Positions 9,564 through 20,184 of a stretch of DNA of 64,000 bases are shown piece after piece. The notes under the pieces were generated by a model. It saw only the letters and a program-made list of their open reading frames with translations, was not told the DNA's origin and did not search any database. The position numbers and the translations under genes were made by a program. The first letter of the stretch is position 1. Each line of letters starts with the position of its first letter. Origin of the DNA: a virus; the IMG/VR virus record IMGVR_UViG_3300031652_000001. One strand, given 5' to 3'.

Positions 9564-10243
9564 GACCCAAGCGCTCCCATTAGCTCAAATCTCGTATATG
9601 ACAATTCAAGCTCCTCAATACTCACAGCAGTCGTACTGGCATCAAATTCACCAGCAGCACGATACCTTATCGGAAGGCAATCAAACAGCATATATGCCCT
9701 TCCAGGGACCGCCAACATATTGAGGTCTGTTACCCCCTGACTCAATGTTGAAACGGCCGCAGAAGTCAATGCCGTAACTCCAGCAGCCGGTAAGAGCTGA
9801 ACCGCTCGCGCTTTGTCAATAAATGAACCATTCTCGATTATCTCCTTGATCCCTTCAACAGATAAACCAGACGAATGTAGCAACAACAGGTTTCGCCTTC
9901 TCGCTGGAGGTATAATACTTGCCGTCGTCGTAAGACCAAGAGAACTCTCATTCTTCCCTGCTATTGCACCGGCCATCCACTTCCAAAAATCAGCATTGAA
10001 CATACTGACACCTTTCGAAAGTGTGATGCTCGAAGTGGAAGCCTTTTTTAGTACCGTGTAAACATAATCACTAGTCCCCTCTGAAATGGTTTCTGTCTCA
10101 ACCGTCATCTCAGGTGGAGAAATATTTGAGAACCCTACAGTGGGCCAAAGAACAAATGGTGGGTTAAACGGGGGTTGCATATCCACATCAATAATGTGGA
10201 ACTCATGCGATAAAAGATCGTCCTGGATTTGAGTCCTTGCCAT
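9560..10243 (-). CDS. Tail tube protein 2 (gp19-like)
   Basis: GF..I..PE...E..EG, ITLSKG, FW.W, C.P..Y...FDA...V.IEELEL. Confidence 0.8.
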   Translation of the reverse strand: MARTQIQDDLLSHEFHIIDVDMQPPFNPPFVLWPTVGFSNISPPEMTVETETISEGTSDYVYTVLKKASTSSITLSKGVSMFNADFWKWMAGAIAGKNESSLGLTTTASIIPPARRRNLLLLHSSGLSVEGIKEIIENGSFIDKARAVQLLPAAGVTALTSAAVSTLSQGVTDLNMLAVPGRAYMLFDCLPIRYRAAGEFDASTTAVSIEELELSYTRFELMGALGS

Positions 10244-10262
10244 GCATCATAACCAATGACAA

Positions 10263-10760
10263 CTAGGCCGTTGGGGAATCAACCTCAATCTCTTCGACCG
10301 CAACCGTAATCTCTTGAAGGTTCACATCGGCTGATGCCGCATCGAGATCCCCAAGTGGCTTGACAGACGTCGGTACGCACTCCCTCCAAGTTTGAGCCTT
10401 GACATGCTGATCATCAGGAGATGTACCATCACCTTCTTGGTTGTACACCCTTATCTCAAGATCTGTACGAAACGGCTGTTTGTTCCGATACCTTTCGATC
10501 CAGTTGTAGAAAGTCGAGTCCCCAAGAAGGATACCCCGAGACAGTGTACCATCGCCATATTCGACAGATCCCAGAAACTTTTTGGTCGTCTTCTCAGACC
10601 CCGTCCGATGAGTCGCCATCTCAGACGTTATTTCAGGCGTAGTCACTGTTGTGAACCCTGCAATTGGATTCTCATCCGCAAAGATTCCAGGACCACTAGC
10701 ATCCTCAAAAACACGAAACCTAAAGCTCTGAATCTGATCTTCTGATGTTGTCCGTGCCAT
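10263..10760 (-). CDS. Tail tube protein (gp19-like)
   Basis: FRFRV, AGF..V..P, TLSRG, FYNW, P.....GDLDA...V..QEIT. Confidence 0.9.
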   Translation of the reverse strand: MARTTSEDQIQSFRFRVFEDASGPGIFADENPIAGFTTVTTPEITSEMATHRTGSEKTTKKFLGSVEYGDGTLSRGILLGDSTFYNWIERYRNKQPFRTDLEIRVYNQEGDGTSPDDQHVKAQTWRECVPTSVKPLGDLDAASADVNLQEITVAVEEIEVDSPTA

Positions 10761-10772
10761 ACCTATGTCCTC

Positions 10773-11621
10773 CTACGTATCCAAGTGACTAATTAAGCCA
10801 CTTACTTTTTGGGCCATCGGATGGTTTTCGTAATAACTTTCAACCAGGCCCATTCTTACCATTTCAGCCGGACCAATTATTTTCAACTTCAGGTCCGAAT
10901 ACTTCCTTGCAAATGCCAATATTCTACTAACCGTCCTGTCATCCAACCAACCCTTCACCTCATGGTACTCAATACCTTTTCCAGTAACAACACTGAAATC
11001 TGGAGTGTAACTATATCCATCCAAAATGAATTTATGTGGCTCGTACTCCCACTCAAATCCATTATCGTCCAAATACTTGGCATACGACAATTCCCATTGA
11101 CTCTTGAACACCAACTCTCTGCCACAACAATCAGTCCATGGTTTCGTCTTATATCTTCCCCAGCCTGTTCGAGAAGGAACACCAAACTCCTTCAAACACT
11201 CATGAACTGTCGTCACAGAAATATCACACCCTTTGGCCAGCGTTCTCAGTGAAATACCATCTGCATACGACATCGCTACTTCAAGACGCTTCTCTTCCGA
11301 AAGTTTATACTGATGAATTGGCCTTCGATTGATACCATTACGACAAAGAACTTTTAGAACTGTCGACTTGACGACTCCAGTATGTTCAGCAACTTCACGA
11401 GTACATAACCCTGACTCATAAAGTCCTATCATCTCCCGTTCTTCATCTTCCGATATGTCCACATTACGATTACAAAGTGTCACACCATGTCGTCTCAACA
11501 CATTACGAATCGTAGTATCAGAAACCCCATACTGATGAACAAGATCACAAGTTGGTACACCAGACTGGTACTGGTCAACTATCTTGCGCTCTCGCTCATC
11601 TGTAAAGGATCTCTTGGTCAC
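10773..11621 (-). CDS. Tandem HTH + PD-(D/E)XK endonuclease (probable free-standing homing endonuclease)
   Basis: Three HTH repeats, then FKS.WE...A.YLD....WEYEP...YTPDF...EVKGW. Confidence 0.7.
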   Translation of the reverse strand: MTKRSFTDERERKIVDQYQSGVPTCDLVHQYGVSDTTIRNVLRRHGVTLCNRNVDISEDEEREMIGLYESGLCTREVAEHTGVVKSTVLKVLCRNGINRRPIHQYKLSEEKRLEVAMSYADGISLRTLAKGCDISVTTVHECLKEFGVPSRTGWGRYKTKPWTDCCGRELVFKSQWELSYAKYLDDNGFEWEYEPHKFILDGYSYTPDFSVVTGKGIEYHEVKGWLDDRTVSRILAFARKYSDLKLKIIGPAEMVRMGLVESYYENHPMAQKVSGLISHLDT

Positions 11622-11648
11622 TTTTAAACCTTTGTAAGTTGTTGAAAT

Positions 11649-13799
11649 CTAATTAGTTTTTTGTTGAAAGCGAAGCCTGACGAATTCTGCCGGTTTTCCA
11701 GGCGCCAAATAATAGTCGATGGTAACGAAACCAGCATCCTGTTCTTCGGTCGTATTATTGCTCTCATCACAGATGACAACATACGCCTCATCAGGAGTCT
11801 TGCCCTTGAAATAATTATCCCTAAACAGTCTCAACAGAAAGCCTTCTCCCTGCTTTTTCATCCTGCTCCATAGACCAGGTCCGTTGTTCTCAAAAGGAAC
11901 CCAGAAGCTTGCATTGTAAAGCGACTGCTCGCAGAACATAAACAGCCGCCTGGCGTTGACATTGAGCCACTCAGCATCTTTACTGAGCGTCCTACCACCC
12001 CATACCGCAAGACCCGTTTGAACAGATGAAGCAATAGGATTGATTCGGACAGGATAAAGAATATCTCTCTCTCCCTTGTCGAGTACGCGCTCAACATCTT
12101 CGATCCCGTTGATCTTACCATCTGTCAAACCAGCTGGCGTTTTACCGACGTTTCTGGTGATGTCCGTCCGAGCATATACTCCGGCAATGAACCCATCAGG
12201 AGGAACCGTTACCGTCCGACCATCGTCGGAAATCGGGTCATATATTTTGACCCACGGGTAATACAATGCCGAAAATGATGTATTGTACTTCGCCGTAATT
12301 GTAACGAATTTCTTTGCGTCCGTCGGAGTGGTACCTATCGGAGTTGTACAAATGACGAACCTGTTCTTCGGATTTGAACTCTCGGCATACGAAATCAAAT
12401 CGTTGGTAACCGTCGTGTTACCAGCAAAATCAGGCATCGAGATATTCAATATTTCATCCAATATCTCAAACGAATACAAACCAAGCTTGCTGGCCTGCAA
12501 AGCTGGAGCAGTAACATCACCCCTGGAAAGAGGTCCTGTACCATCAATACCACCAGCCAACTGAGCACACACTTCTTCAGATGTAGCCGCCTTGTAGTAG
12601 CTCGAAATGATCGGTACTCCACCTGTTGGTGCAACCGAATATGTGATTGACCATGCTCCAGTAGTATATTCAATTGTCGCAGAAGTGACCCCAGTTCCAG
12701 ACAGAGTACCATCGCCATTGTCCGTCGCTGTAATTGCACCAGCAACAATTTCCATTGTTCCAGACTGTACTGCCGGATTCCTGAGCGTACCACTGAAAGT
12801 AACCAGAGCACCATCTCCATCAGCAAGCCATTCGGCAAGATTATAGGTAGACATCAACGCCCTTGGAATCCCATAATCCGTACCGGCCGTAAACTGCGCA
12901 TGCTCAGTATTGTCGTTAACAACATCCTCGATGAAATAATCCGACGTGTCATCATCAAGAACAACAGCAGTATAGGTCTCTAGGGTTTCCCAGTCACCTT
13001 CGCCGAGTGCGGACTCTGCCTCAATTACAACATCGAACCTCGTGTAACCACCATTATCATCTTCGTAATCGATATTCCCAGCAATACAAACCCTGACCAG
13101 ATTGTACCAAGCACCCTTCCACCTGGCATCAACCGTCCAGTCCGATGCTGCCTTACCTGTATAGGTATATGTTTCAGCAGCAGAAACCGGAAGGCCAAGG
13201 ACCGTCGGTGTCGCATCAGTTGATGCAGCCTCTTCTATCTTTATGGAAGAGGAAGAACCTGTTGTCGCACTGACAATTTTAATCCTGTCAGTATCAACAG
13301 TGCACGTACCCTCAGCTCCAATTGCCGTCGAAATGGCATTCTGAATCTCTGTTGGAGTTGTTGCCGCTGGAGTCGACCCAACACAATCAATTTCATGTTT
13401 CGTTCCACCATCGATAGTGATTGCAATGTAGCTGTTTGTGGAAAGATCCACAGTAGCCGCAAGCGTTTTGCCAATGAACTCAGCCGCCGTAGCTGCATCA
13501 TCCAGACTGGCCGCATTCGTAGACTTCGTGGCATCCGAAGGCGTCACCCGAGTGATGTACGCTCGAGCACCTTGATTCTGGAAAAAACCAGCCATCATGT
13601 ATGGAATGTAACTGTTCCTCCAGTAGCTCCCAAAGATGCTCACGAACCTGGCAAAACTCGTGATCAACTGTGGAACATTCTCCGGCCCTTTCTGGAGCCA
13701 TCCCACCGTTGCATAAGTTGAAGTCGATACGCTTTGAACAGGGCCAGCTGAAGCCTTTCGTTCACTCAAGAACAATCCAGGACTAAGATATTCAGCCAT
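11649..13799 (-). CDS. Tail sheath protein (gp18-like)
   Basis: YLSPG, FF.N.G..AY, YYPW, PP.G..AG.YARTD, WG.RTL, RRL, P.EF. Confidence 0.95.
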   Translation of the reverse strand: MAEYLSPGLFLSERKASAGPVQSVSTSTYATVGWLQKGPENVPQLITSFARFVSIFGSYWRNSYIPYMMAGFFQNQGARAYITRVTPSDATKSTNAASLDDAATAAEFIGKTLAATVDLSTNSYIAITIDGGTKHEIDCVGSTPAATTPTEIQNAISTAIGAEGTCTVDTDRIKIVSATTGSSSSIKIEEAASTDATPTVLGLPVSAAETYTYTGKAASDWTVDARWKGAWYNLVRVCIAGNIDYEDDNGGYTRFDVVIEAESALGEGDWETLETYTAVVLDDDTSDYFIEDVVNDNTEHAQFTAGTDYGIPRALMSTYNLAEWLADGDGALVTFSGTLRNPAVQSGTMEIVAGAITATDNGDGTLSGTGVTSATIEYTTGAWSITYSVAPTGGVPIISSYYKAATSEEVCAQLAGGIDGTGPLSRGDVTAPALQASKLGLYSFEILDEILNISMPDFAGNTTVTNDLISYAESSNPKNRFVICTTPIGTTPTDAKKFVTITAKYNTSFSALYYPWVKIYDPISDDGRTVTVPPDGFIAGVYARTDITRNVGKTPAGLTDGKINGIEDVERVLDKGERDILYPVRINPIASSVQTGLAVWGGRTLSKDAEWLNVNARRLFMFCEQSLYNASFWVPFENNGPGLWSRMKKQGEGFLLRLFRDNYFKGKTPDEAYVVICDESNNTTEEQDAGFVTIDYYLAPGKPAEFVRLRFQQKTN

Positions 13800-13841
13800 G
13801 TTCTTCCTCCTTCAAAATACAGGCTATCTTTGCCTGAATGT

Positions 13842-14279
13842 TCATTTTTTCTTACCCTTTTTCTTCGAAGCTCTTTTGCTCTCGCGACCTTTATCGTCAT
13901 CGTCGAGATTGTTATCTCTCAACTCCTCTTCTGATTCCACCATTTCTGAGGAAGAAGTCAAAGAATCGTCATCTTTTTCGTTATTAACAATCACTGGATC
14001 ATTACTCACTTCAATCACCGAAACATTAACTGGTGATTCATCAACAACAACAGACTCAATCTTCTCCTCCAATACTGGCTCAACAGAATTCTCCTCGACA
14101 ATCCTTTTTACGAGAACAATCCGTTTTGCCCTCCTTTCCCTCTTGACACTTGGGCATTCAGCTTCCTTGGGAGTACACCTAAAATACCCTTTGGCAGCAA
14201 CAGAAATACTGTTGCCATCAGGTAGTTCAATCGGGAGTGGGCCATTGATTTTACTTCGAAACAACAATGTCTCTTTCAT
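13842..14279 (-). CDS. Hypothetical protein with acidic/basic tail
   Basis: ORF with GAGG/AGGA RBS in the structural operon. Confidence 0.65.
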   Translation of the reverse strand: MKETLLFRSKINGPLPIELPDGNSISVAAKGYFRCTPKEAECPSVKRERRAKRIVLVKRIVEENSVEPVLEEKIESVVVDESPVNVSVIEVSNDPVIVNNEKDDDSLTSSSEMVESEEELRDNNLDDDDKGRESKRASKKKGKKK

Positions 14280-14287
14280 ATCCTACC

Positions 14288-15034
14288 TCACTCTTCCGGC
14301 AATTGAGACATCTGACGAACATTAGTGTTCGGTGGAGATGTCACCGTTTTCTGTGTAGTTGCCATACGGACATCCAGTTCTCCCTGTACCCGCAATGACA
14401 ATGCATAAATTATTGTCCTATCCCGTATATCAGAAACAGAACTCAGCCCAGATGGACCTTCGGTGTGAACCCAATACCCTCTTGTCCTCCCCTCAGTATC
14501 AAGAACATAAACCTTCCCTTCCGGCCAAAACTTGCTCATACAATGCTTCAACATCGTATGGGCATGTGTCTTTGCACCCTTACCACCCGCCTCAACATAA
14601 ATCGTGTATGACAAGTCAGTAGGAGTACCCTCTTCCTGTTCCTCATAGGCTGTGTATCCAGTTTTCTCTCTATTGCCGTACTGAATGGTAAGCTCCTGAG
14701 CACCATCAGCAGGAGCCCTATATTTCACAACATGAGAATGCCTTCTCTCCAAAGCTGGACTCGGATCTTCCCTTGTTATGCGGATACCAGGTATCAAATA
14801 CCTCAAAATATCCGCTGGCTCATTCATCGATGCTGGAATACCAGGCATCTTCTGACCCTTCAAAGAAGGGTCAGCTGTGAATTCCGTAAAAAGAGGAGGA
14901 ACAACACCAGGTAATAAAGAAGTCGGAATATAATATCTTGTTCCAAATACGACACCGTCAAGCGTCTTCATTACGCCAGTATCAAAATCTCTCAAAAAGA
15001 CATCACCAATACGGCTGTTCCTTATTCTACTCAT
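14288..15034 (-). CDS. Probable tail terminator / sheath stabiliser
   Basis: Upstream of sheath; P.I.ITR....P..ER and P.D.SY.I patterns as in gp15-like proteins. Confidence 0.55.
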   Translation of the reverse strand: MSRIRNSRIGDVFLRDFDTGVMKTLDGVVFGTRYYIPTSLLPGVVPPLFTEFTADPSLKGQKMPGIPASMNEPADILRYLIPGIRITREDPSPALERRHSHVVKYRAPADGAQELTIQYGNREKTGYTAYEEQEEGTPTDLSYTIYVEAGGKGAKTHAHTMLKHCMSKFWPEGKVYVLDTEGRTRGYWVHTEGPSGLSSVSDIRDRTIIYALSLRVQGELDVRMATTQKTVTSPPNTNVRQMSQLPEE

Positions 15035-15038
15035 ACCA

Positions 15039-15872
15039 CTATCCGTTCATCATAACTTTCTTCTGAAATTTTCCAGCCTTTTTCTTGAAATCATCAGGAG
15101 ACATCGTCTCAATAGAAGAGTCGATACCCCTTTTATGCTCTCTGAATAACCAATCTCCGAGAGCTTTCTTTATCTTCTCATCTCCCTCTACAATCTTCCA
15201 TAGATTTTTCTGAACCCATTTTATTGCTGGTCTCCAATGAGGATGAGGATCGGCATTTATTCCAAACTCCGACCTCAACGCCAACGACATATAATCAGGA
15301 AGACTTTCCAAACCATCTGGTGATTTTTCAGGATCTTCAATTTTCCCAAAAGAGATACCAAGAGAACGAAATTCACCCCTGTTTTTAGAAATGAAACTTG
15401 ATGCCTGTTTTTCAGCCCACGAAACTTCATCATCAGTAACAATTTGATGAACCAAGGTTACACCATTTCTCGGTATACCATTGGGAAGCATATACACTGG
15501 CCACGGATTCGACATGCTTAAAAGATCAATAATAGGATCAGGTTTGGCTCCAGATGCCTGCTCAATATAAACAACCGTTCTTTTCCTTGATCTTTCGTCC
15601 GAAACAATCTCTCCAATCGTTTCAGAAACATCCGATGACACAACAGCAAAAGCCACAATTCTCTTCATAGTTATCAACCTAACAACTTTAAGAGATTTCA
15701 AATAGACACTGTATTCTTCATCGGAAGGCGCCAACTCCTTCAACTTTTCAACAAAAGCATTCGCAATATCTTCCCCTATCCTGACCCTTACAAACCTGAG
15801 CCTGTCTGGATAGCTCTTCAGAATGGAAAGAATTTGACGCCATGGACCGGTTGTCTTCATCTTGATCATCAC
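15039..15872 (-). CDS. Hypothetical neck/tail-completion protein
   Basis: EFG....PHWRPA motif reminiscent of HK97 gp10-like proteins; position. Confidence 0.45.
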   Translation of the reverse strand: MMIKMKTTGPWRQILSILKSYPDRLRFVRVRIGEDIANAFVEKLKELAPSDEEYSVYLKSLKVVRLITMKRIVAFAVVSSDVSETIGEIVSDERSRKRTVVYIEQASGAKPDPIIDLLSMSNPWPVYMLPNGIPRNGVTLVHQIVTDDEVSWAEKQASSFISKNRGEFRSLGISFGKIEDPEKSPDGLESLPDYMSLALRSEFGINADPHPHWRPAIKWVQKNLWKIVEGDEKIKKALGDWLFREHKRGIDSSIETMSPDDFKKKAGKFQKKVMMNG

Positions 15873-15937
15873 TTCATCCCAAAAATCCTCATGTAACCAA
15901 TATTTGATTTCATCAATTCACTTGAAAAACACATTTG

Positions 15938-16351
15938 CTATTCTCCCAACATCACGACAACAATATTGGCTTCTCCTGGATCCCCAGAAACAGTAATGTA
16001 TACATGTGTAAACGAACCCTCGATATAAAAAACTCCCGGAGCATCTGACAAGTCATTCCTTGTAGAAACAATTGGAGACACCGTAAAACCGGTGTCGCTC
16101 GTATTATTCAACTTCACCGTTATCTCAGTGTCAGTTTCTATATACAACGCCTTGCCTGTAGCAACTCCATCTTGCATCAAATCCAAATCAACAGAAGGTA
16201 TCGGAATAGCGAGCTTCCTTATTCCACCTTCTGCCAGCTCATCAAGAGCATTGAATTTGGTAATCGCATCACCCCTCTTGAATAAAGGACTTCTCCCACC
16301 TTGCTTCTGATATGCCTCAATCTGAATCTGCCTGGTATAGTAAGTCGTCAC
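15938..16351 (-). CDS. Hypothetical beta-rich virion protein
   Basis: ORF with GGAGG RBS. Confidence 0.65.
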   Translation of the reverse strand: MTTYYTRQIQIEAYQKQGGRSPLFKRGDAITKFNALDELAEGGIRKLAIPIPSVDLDLMQDGVATGKALYIETDTEITVKLNNTSDTGFTVSPIVSTRNDLSDAPGVFYIEGSFTHVYITVSGDPGEANIVVVMLGE

Positions 16352-16360
16352 AGTGGCCTC

Positions 16361-16753
16361 CTACTTCAACTCAACGTACTTATTTTCACCAGCACGCCTT
16401 TCTGTTGTAAACAAAATGTTTCTACCAGCTTCCCTTCTCGCAATGTTTTTCAACACCTCAAGACACGAGGAGCAAATACCTATCCTGTCGCCAGACCCTT
16501 TTGCCTCAACAGCTTTGTCGGCCTTTTTCCCGCACATGTAACAAAATTTTATCAAGTACCCCTTTATTGGACCTTGGTATTTTTCAAAACCACCACCTGA
16601 CAAGGGACTAAAACAGGTTTTATACTCAAAACATACCGCATCACCATCAGCATCCTTTAGCCCGGCATCCACACCCTTGTACCAATTCTCACAAGTTGCA
16701 CAAATAAATGACAACCCACTAGCCATAGCCTCTTGCACTCTTTTCTTATCCAT
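16361..16753 (-). CDS. Cys-rich (Zn-finger-like) hypothetical protein
   Basis: Multiple CxxC pairs. Confidence 0.65.
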   Translation of the reverse strand: MDKKRVQEAMASGLSFICATCENWYKGVDAGLKDADGDAVCFEYKTCFSPLSGGGFEKYQGPIKGYLIKFCYMCGKKADKAVEAKGSGDRIGICSSCLEVLKNIARREAGRNILFTTERRAGENKYVELK

Positions 16754-16862
16754 CGTTTACCCCGTAATACCAAAACTACTTTTTCTTGGTACTCAATATC
16801 TCAAAATCTCAAAACACTTGTCCTTTTTTAGTCTGGCAAGAAAGATCAAACATGACTCCTCC

Positions 16863-17216
16863 TTATATCAACTCAAACAGCTCACGACGTATTCTCGATG
16901 CCGCAGCCCTTACCCCTGTCCTCTTTACCCTATCAAGCTGTTTTCTCCATAAGTGATTCGTTCTAGGCATATGGAGACGCTTTACAAAATCTTTTCCTAT
17001 CCTGACCACGTCATCATCAGAAGCTTCTGGATTTGTCCTAAGAATTGCCACCAAAATCATCGTCATCATCCAATCATCTGAATTATCAAACTCGTTCAAT
17101 GAAGGAGATGAAGGCTTCTTTTTCTCATCAACTTTCTTTTTATCTTTCTTATTCCCTGATAACCGCTTCCTTGCAACAGCGATCATATTTAGAATGTCAC
17201 CTGTTGATTTAGCCAT
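16863..17216 (-). CDS. Hypothetical protein
   Basis: Coupled ORF in the operon. Confidence 0.6.
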   Translation of the reverse strand: MAKSTGDILNMIAVARKRLSGNKKDKKKVDEKKKPSSPSLNEFDNSDDWMMTMILVAILRTNPEASDDDVVRIGKDFVKRLHMPRTNHLWRKQLDRVKRTGVRAAASRIRRELFELI

Positions 17217-17715
17217 TATCTTCCCCCGGTCTCCAGAAGCTCTCAGGAACCCCCTCTGTTCGTCTCACAACATCAAACTCCAACATTACACTTCTTCCAC
17301 TATCAGACACCTGTCCATCAGTAGAGCTCGATTCAACAACATCATAGTACTTATCAGTCCATAGGAGAATTATATCACCCTGTCTCAACCGTCTAAGACC
17401 CCTTTCCCTCATATCAGCAACAGCTATCTGCAAAGTAGAAGTCCTCTGTATACGAAAACCTTCTTCACCCATCAAAGCAGATCTATTCGGAGCCCTAAAA
17501 AACACAGGACAATCAATACCAACATTTCCATATTCATCCTCTTTATAGACCGTTGTTATTTCTTCTTGCCACAACGGATCTATCTGGCTCGCCTGCTCAT
17601 CAAATTGAAAAATTTTTGCATTTGTCCCAACCAACTCAACACTCTCTTGAGCAATACAGTCCAAAAACTCAGCATCACAATCGTTGAATAATGTTCCCAT
17701 ATCATCCGGCCCCAA
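17209..17715 (-). CDS. Neck/head-closure protein (gp14-like)
   Basis: DPLW.E, GF, GDII and YYDV patterns; lies near the gp13-like gene. Confidence 0.6.
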   Translation of the reverse strand: MGPDDMGTLFNDCDAEFLDCIAQESVELVGTNAKIFQFDEQASQIDPLWQEEITTVYKEDEYGNVGIDCPVFFRAPNRSALMGEEGFRIQRTSTLQIAVADMRERGLRRLRQGDIILLWTDKYYDVVESSSTDGQVSDSGRSVMLEFDVVRRTEGVPESFWRPGEDNG

Positions 17716-18205
17716 GTGATTTTGATTTCACAGCCTGCTTTTGTGCAGCCTGACGTCTCTGGATACCCATAATCCAGTCATATGCCTTTGCCTTCTTCTT
17801 TAATACACTCTTGGGTTCCTTTAAGTGTTTATCACGATTCCTCTTGTGCCCCTTCGCAGTTAAACTAAAACCACCACCCTCAGCCCATGGATCAGCAACT
17901 GAACCAGTTGCATATTTGTATTTCTTTAACATCCATTGAGCAATCAATTGACCACCCTTGGCAGCCTGTTTAAAAGCCTCACCATCTTTTCTCAGCTTCT
18001 GAAATATTGCCCTAACAGCGTGTTTATAAAACACGCTTTGCTTCGATGGCCTAGGAGTGTGCAGAGCAATGGTTTGGCGCCTGTTCTGTTGAGCCTTCTG
18101 ATATGGTGTCAACTTTGATTGCTTTGCCTCGGATAATACAATCCCGACCTGGTCCTCAACCAGACTCTCCAACATAATAATCGATTCTCTAACCGTGAAC
18201 CTCAT
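17702..18205 (-). CDS. Basic hypothetical protein, candidate internal head protein
   Basis: Leader ending VLSE followed by a Lys-rich domain. Confidence 0.6.
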   Translation of the reverse strand: MRFTVRESIIMLESLVEDQVGIVLSEAKQSKLTPYQKAQQNRRQTIALHTPRPSKQSVFYKHAVRAIFQKLRKDGEAFKQAAKGGQLIAQWMLKKYKYATGSVADPWAEGGGFSLTAKGHKRNRDKHLKEPKSVLKKKAKAYDWIMGIQRRQAAQKQAVKSKSLGAG

Positions 18206-18208
18206 TCA

Positions 18209-18592
18209 TCACCCAGCACCCTTGATCACTTTTACTTCACTGGGATCATGGATTGTGTCCTTGTTGCTCATCCCAGATGCAGAACGACTGTAATATTTTT
18301 TCGTTCCTTCATCCCAAAAAAGGTACCTTGTCCCCTCGAAACGCATCCCCCTTGTTGGCTTCTTTATATTGCTCAAAAGCAAAGAATTCTTATCTATATT
18401 CAAAACTTTTCTTGGCTTACTCTTTCCCAATTGTATGCTGTCATTGATGGATACTCGTATCGTCCCGAATTTTATAGCACCCATTTTCTCCATTCGCTTC
18501 TGATGAAATTTCTCAAAAGGAACAACAACGTTTTCAGCCAAAATTCCGACAACCCGTCCCAATAGATCAATCACTCTACTCAAATCAAACAT
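18209..18592 (-). CDS. Hypothetical protein, candidate internal head protein
   Basis: Leader IDLLGRVVGILAE. Confidence 0.6.
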   Translation of the reverse strand: MFDLSRVIDLLGRVVGILAENVVVPFEKFHQKRMEKMGAIKFGTIRVSINDSIQLGKSKPRKVLNIDKNSLLLSNIKKPTRGMRFEGTRYLFWDEGTKKYYSRSASGMSNKDTIHDPSEVKVIKGAG

Positions 18593-18602
18593 CGCTCATC
18601 TC

Positions 18603-19553
18603 CTAAAGCAAAAAATTCCCATCAGAATCGAATTGAAGACCTTTCCCAGTACTCAGATATTTTGAAAGTGCAGCCCGAACAGTACTCTGAACTCTACGAG
18701 AATCAAACGCCGTATCACGGCCAAACCATCTCGTTTTTACCGTATAGCTTTTATCTGTCCTTGGGACATAAGCAACTATAGACAGCCGATCCTCTGGAGT
18801 AATACGTGTCTCCTTCGTAATGTCTTTTATCCGAATATCCTTGGCACCTATATTCCGTCTAAGGCTCGGCATCGGTCCAGGCATAATCGTCCTTGCTTCA
18901 AAACCTTCAGACAGAATAGAAATAGCAGAATCCAATAAATCTATACTACCTCGAAGACTTTCCATCCAGTCCTCCCTCTTTCCTATTTTTGCTCCAACCT
19001 CACGCTTCATTGCTGACTTCGTCGGATAAAAAACCTTCTTCAAAAACTTCGGAACAAGCTTACCTACTGTGGCAACCGTAGTTCTATAATTCTGACCATC
19101 CATCCTTCCCTTGGCGCTCCACATATTAAACTTCACAACAACAGCACCACCGCGTTCACCCCATGTCTCAAGCTCCCAATCAAAAACCTGAGGACCAGAG
19201 GATGGCCATGAGCCCTGAATTATCCAACCATTCCTATTTTGCTTCACATCAACAAGAGATTTCTCCAATTCTGGTGTCGAATGAAAAAACTGACTTGTGA
19301 CATATCCAACAGGATCTTTTGTCCCTTTACCTTTTGAACCAAGAGTAGAAAACCAAACCCTCTCAGACAATAAAGCCTCATCAATGTCAGCAAGATTACG
19401 CGGCATCTTCGTCTGTATTGGTCTCCTCGGCTTCATCTTCTTTCCTTTCAAAGCCTTATACTTCAACCCCAACCGTTTTCGGGTGTTGGCGTCCATGCCA
19501 AATCTATCGACATCGTTATCATCGCCAACAACAATTTGTTCAAAAAGCGTCAA
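18603..19553 (-). CDS. Hypothetical protein, candidate multi-segment internal head protein
   Basis: LLSE and IDLLDSAISILSE segments separate basic domains. Confidence 0.6.
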   Translation of the reverse strand: MTLFEQIVVGDDNDVDRFGMDANTRKRLGLKYKALKGKKMKPRRPIQTKMPRNLADIDEALLSERVWFSTLGSKGKGTKDPVGYVTSQFFHSTPELEKSLVDVKQNRNGWIIQGSWPSSGPQVFDWELETWGERGGAVVVKFNMWSAKGRMDGQNYRTTVATVGKLVPKFLKKVFYPTKSAMKREVGAKIGKREDWMESLRGSIDLLDSAISILSEGFEARTIMPGPMPSLRRNIGAKDIRIKDITKETRITPEDRLSIVAYVPRTDKSYTVKTRWFGRDTAFDSRRVQSTVRAALSKYLSTGKGLQFDSDGNFLL

Positions 19554-20182
19554 TATACTTTCCCTGCCGCATTCTTACCTTTTGTCGTTATCGACGTGGC
19601 ACCGGCCTTGTTCTTCTTCACATAACCACGTTTCACCAAACTATCGATTTCAGCTGGTTTGACACCCATCCTTGAAAACTGCTCTTTTCGACCAGAAGAT
19701 GTGTAGGATCTGAAATATCCAAGAATGCTTGATTCCCTGTCAGTTACGTCTGCCTCCGTAGGAAGCATCCCAGAAATCATCTCAGGATGAACATAGATCG
19801 TTGCCCATACAGGTTGTCCACCACCTTCGCTTCCAACTATAGCCGCTCCATTACGAGGTAATTTTTTAGGAGCGCTGTCACTATCGACAGCATTCCGAAC
19901 AAACATATTAGAACCACCCCACGATCCATAGGTTATCTCATGCTTCCCTGTCGACACATCAACAATAGCCACAAACCCTCTACTTCCAGCACCACCAGAA
20001 ACGCTCAGAGACACCTTCTCCTGTGGAACAACTGATATATCCTTGCGACGATACCCAACTTTTTTCAAAACGGTCTGGAGGGACTGTGGAAGCTCTTTGA
20101 CAGCAACAACATGACCACGACTCATCTCTATGAGATTTTGAACAGTCCTTCCGAGTAATGCATTTATCGATACAATCTTCAT
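19550..20182 (-). CDS. Hypothetical protein, candidate internal head protein
   Basis: Leader INALLGRTVQNLIE. Confidence 0.65.
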   Translation of the reverse strand: MKIVSINALLGRTVQNLIEMSRGHVVAVKELPQSLQTVLKKVGYRRKDISVVPQEKVSLSVSGGAGSRGFVAIVDVSTGKHEITYGSWGGSNMFVRNAVDSDSAPKKLPRNGAAIVGSEGGGQPVWATIYVHPEMISGMLPTEADVTDRESSILGYFRSYTSSGRKEQFSRMGVKPAEIDSLVKRGYVKKNKAGATSITTKGKNAAGKVY

Positions 20183-20184
20183 CG

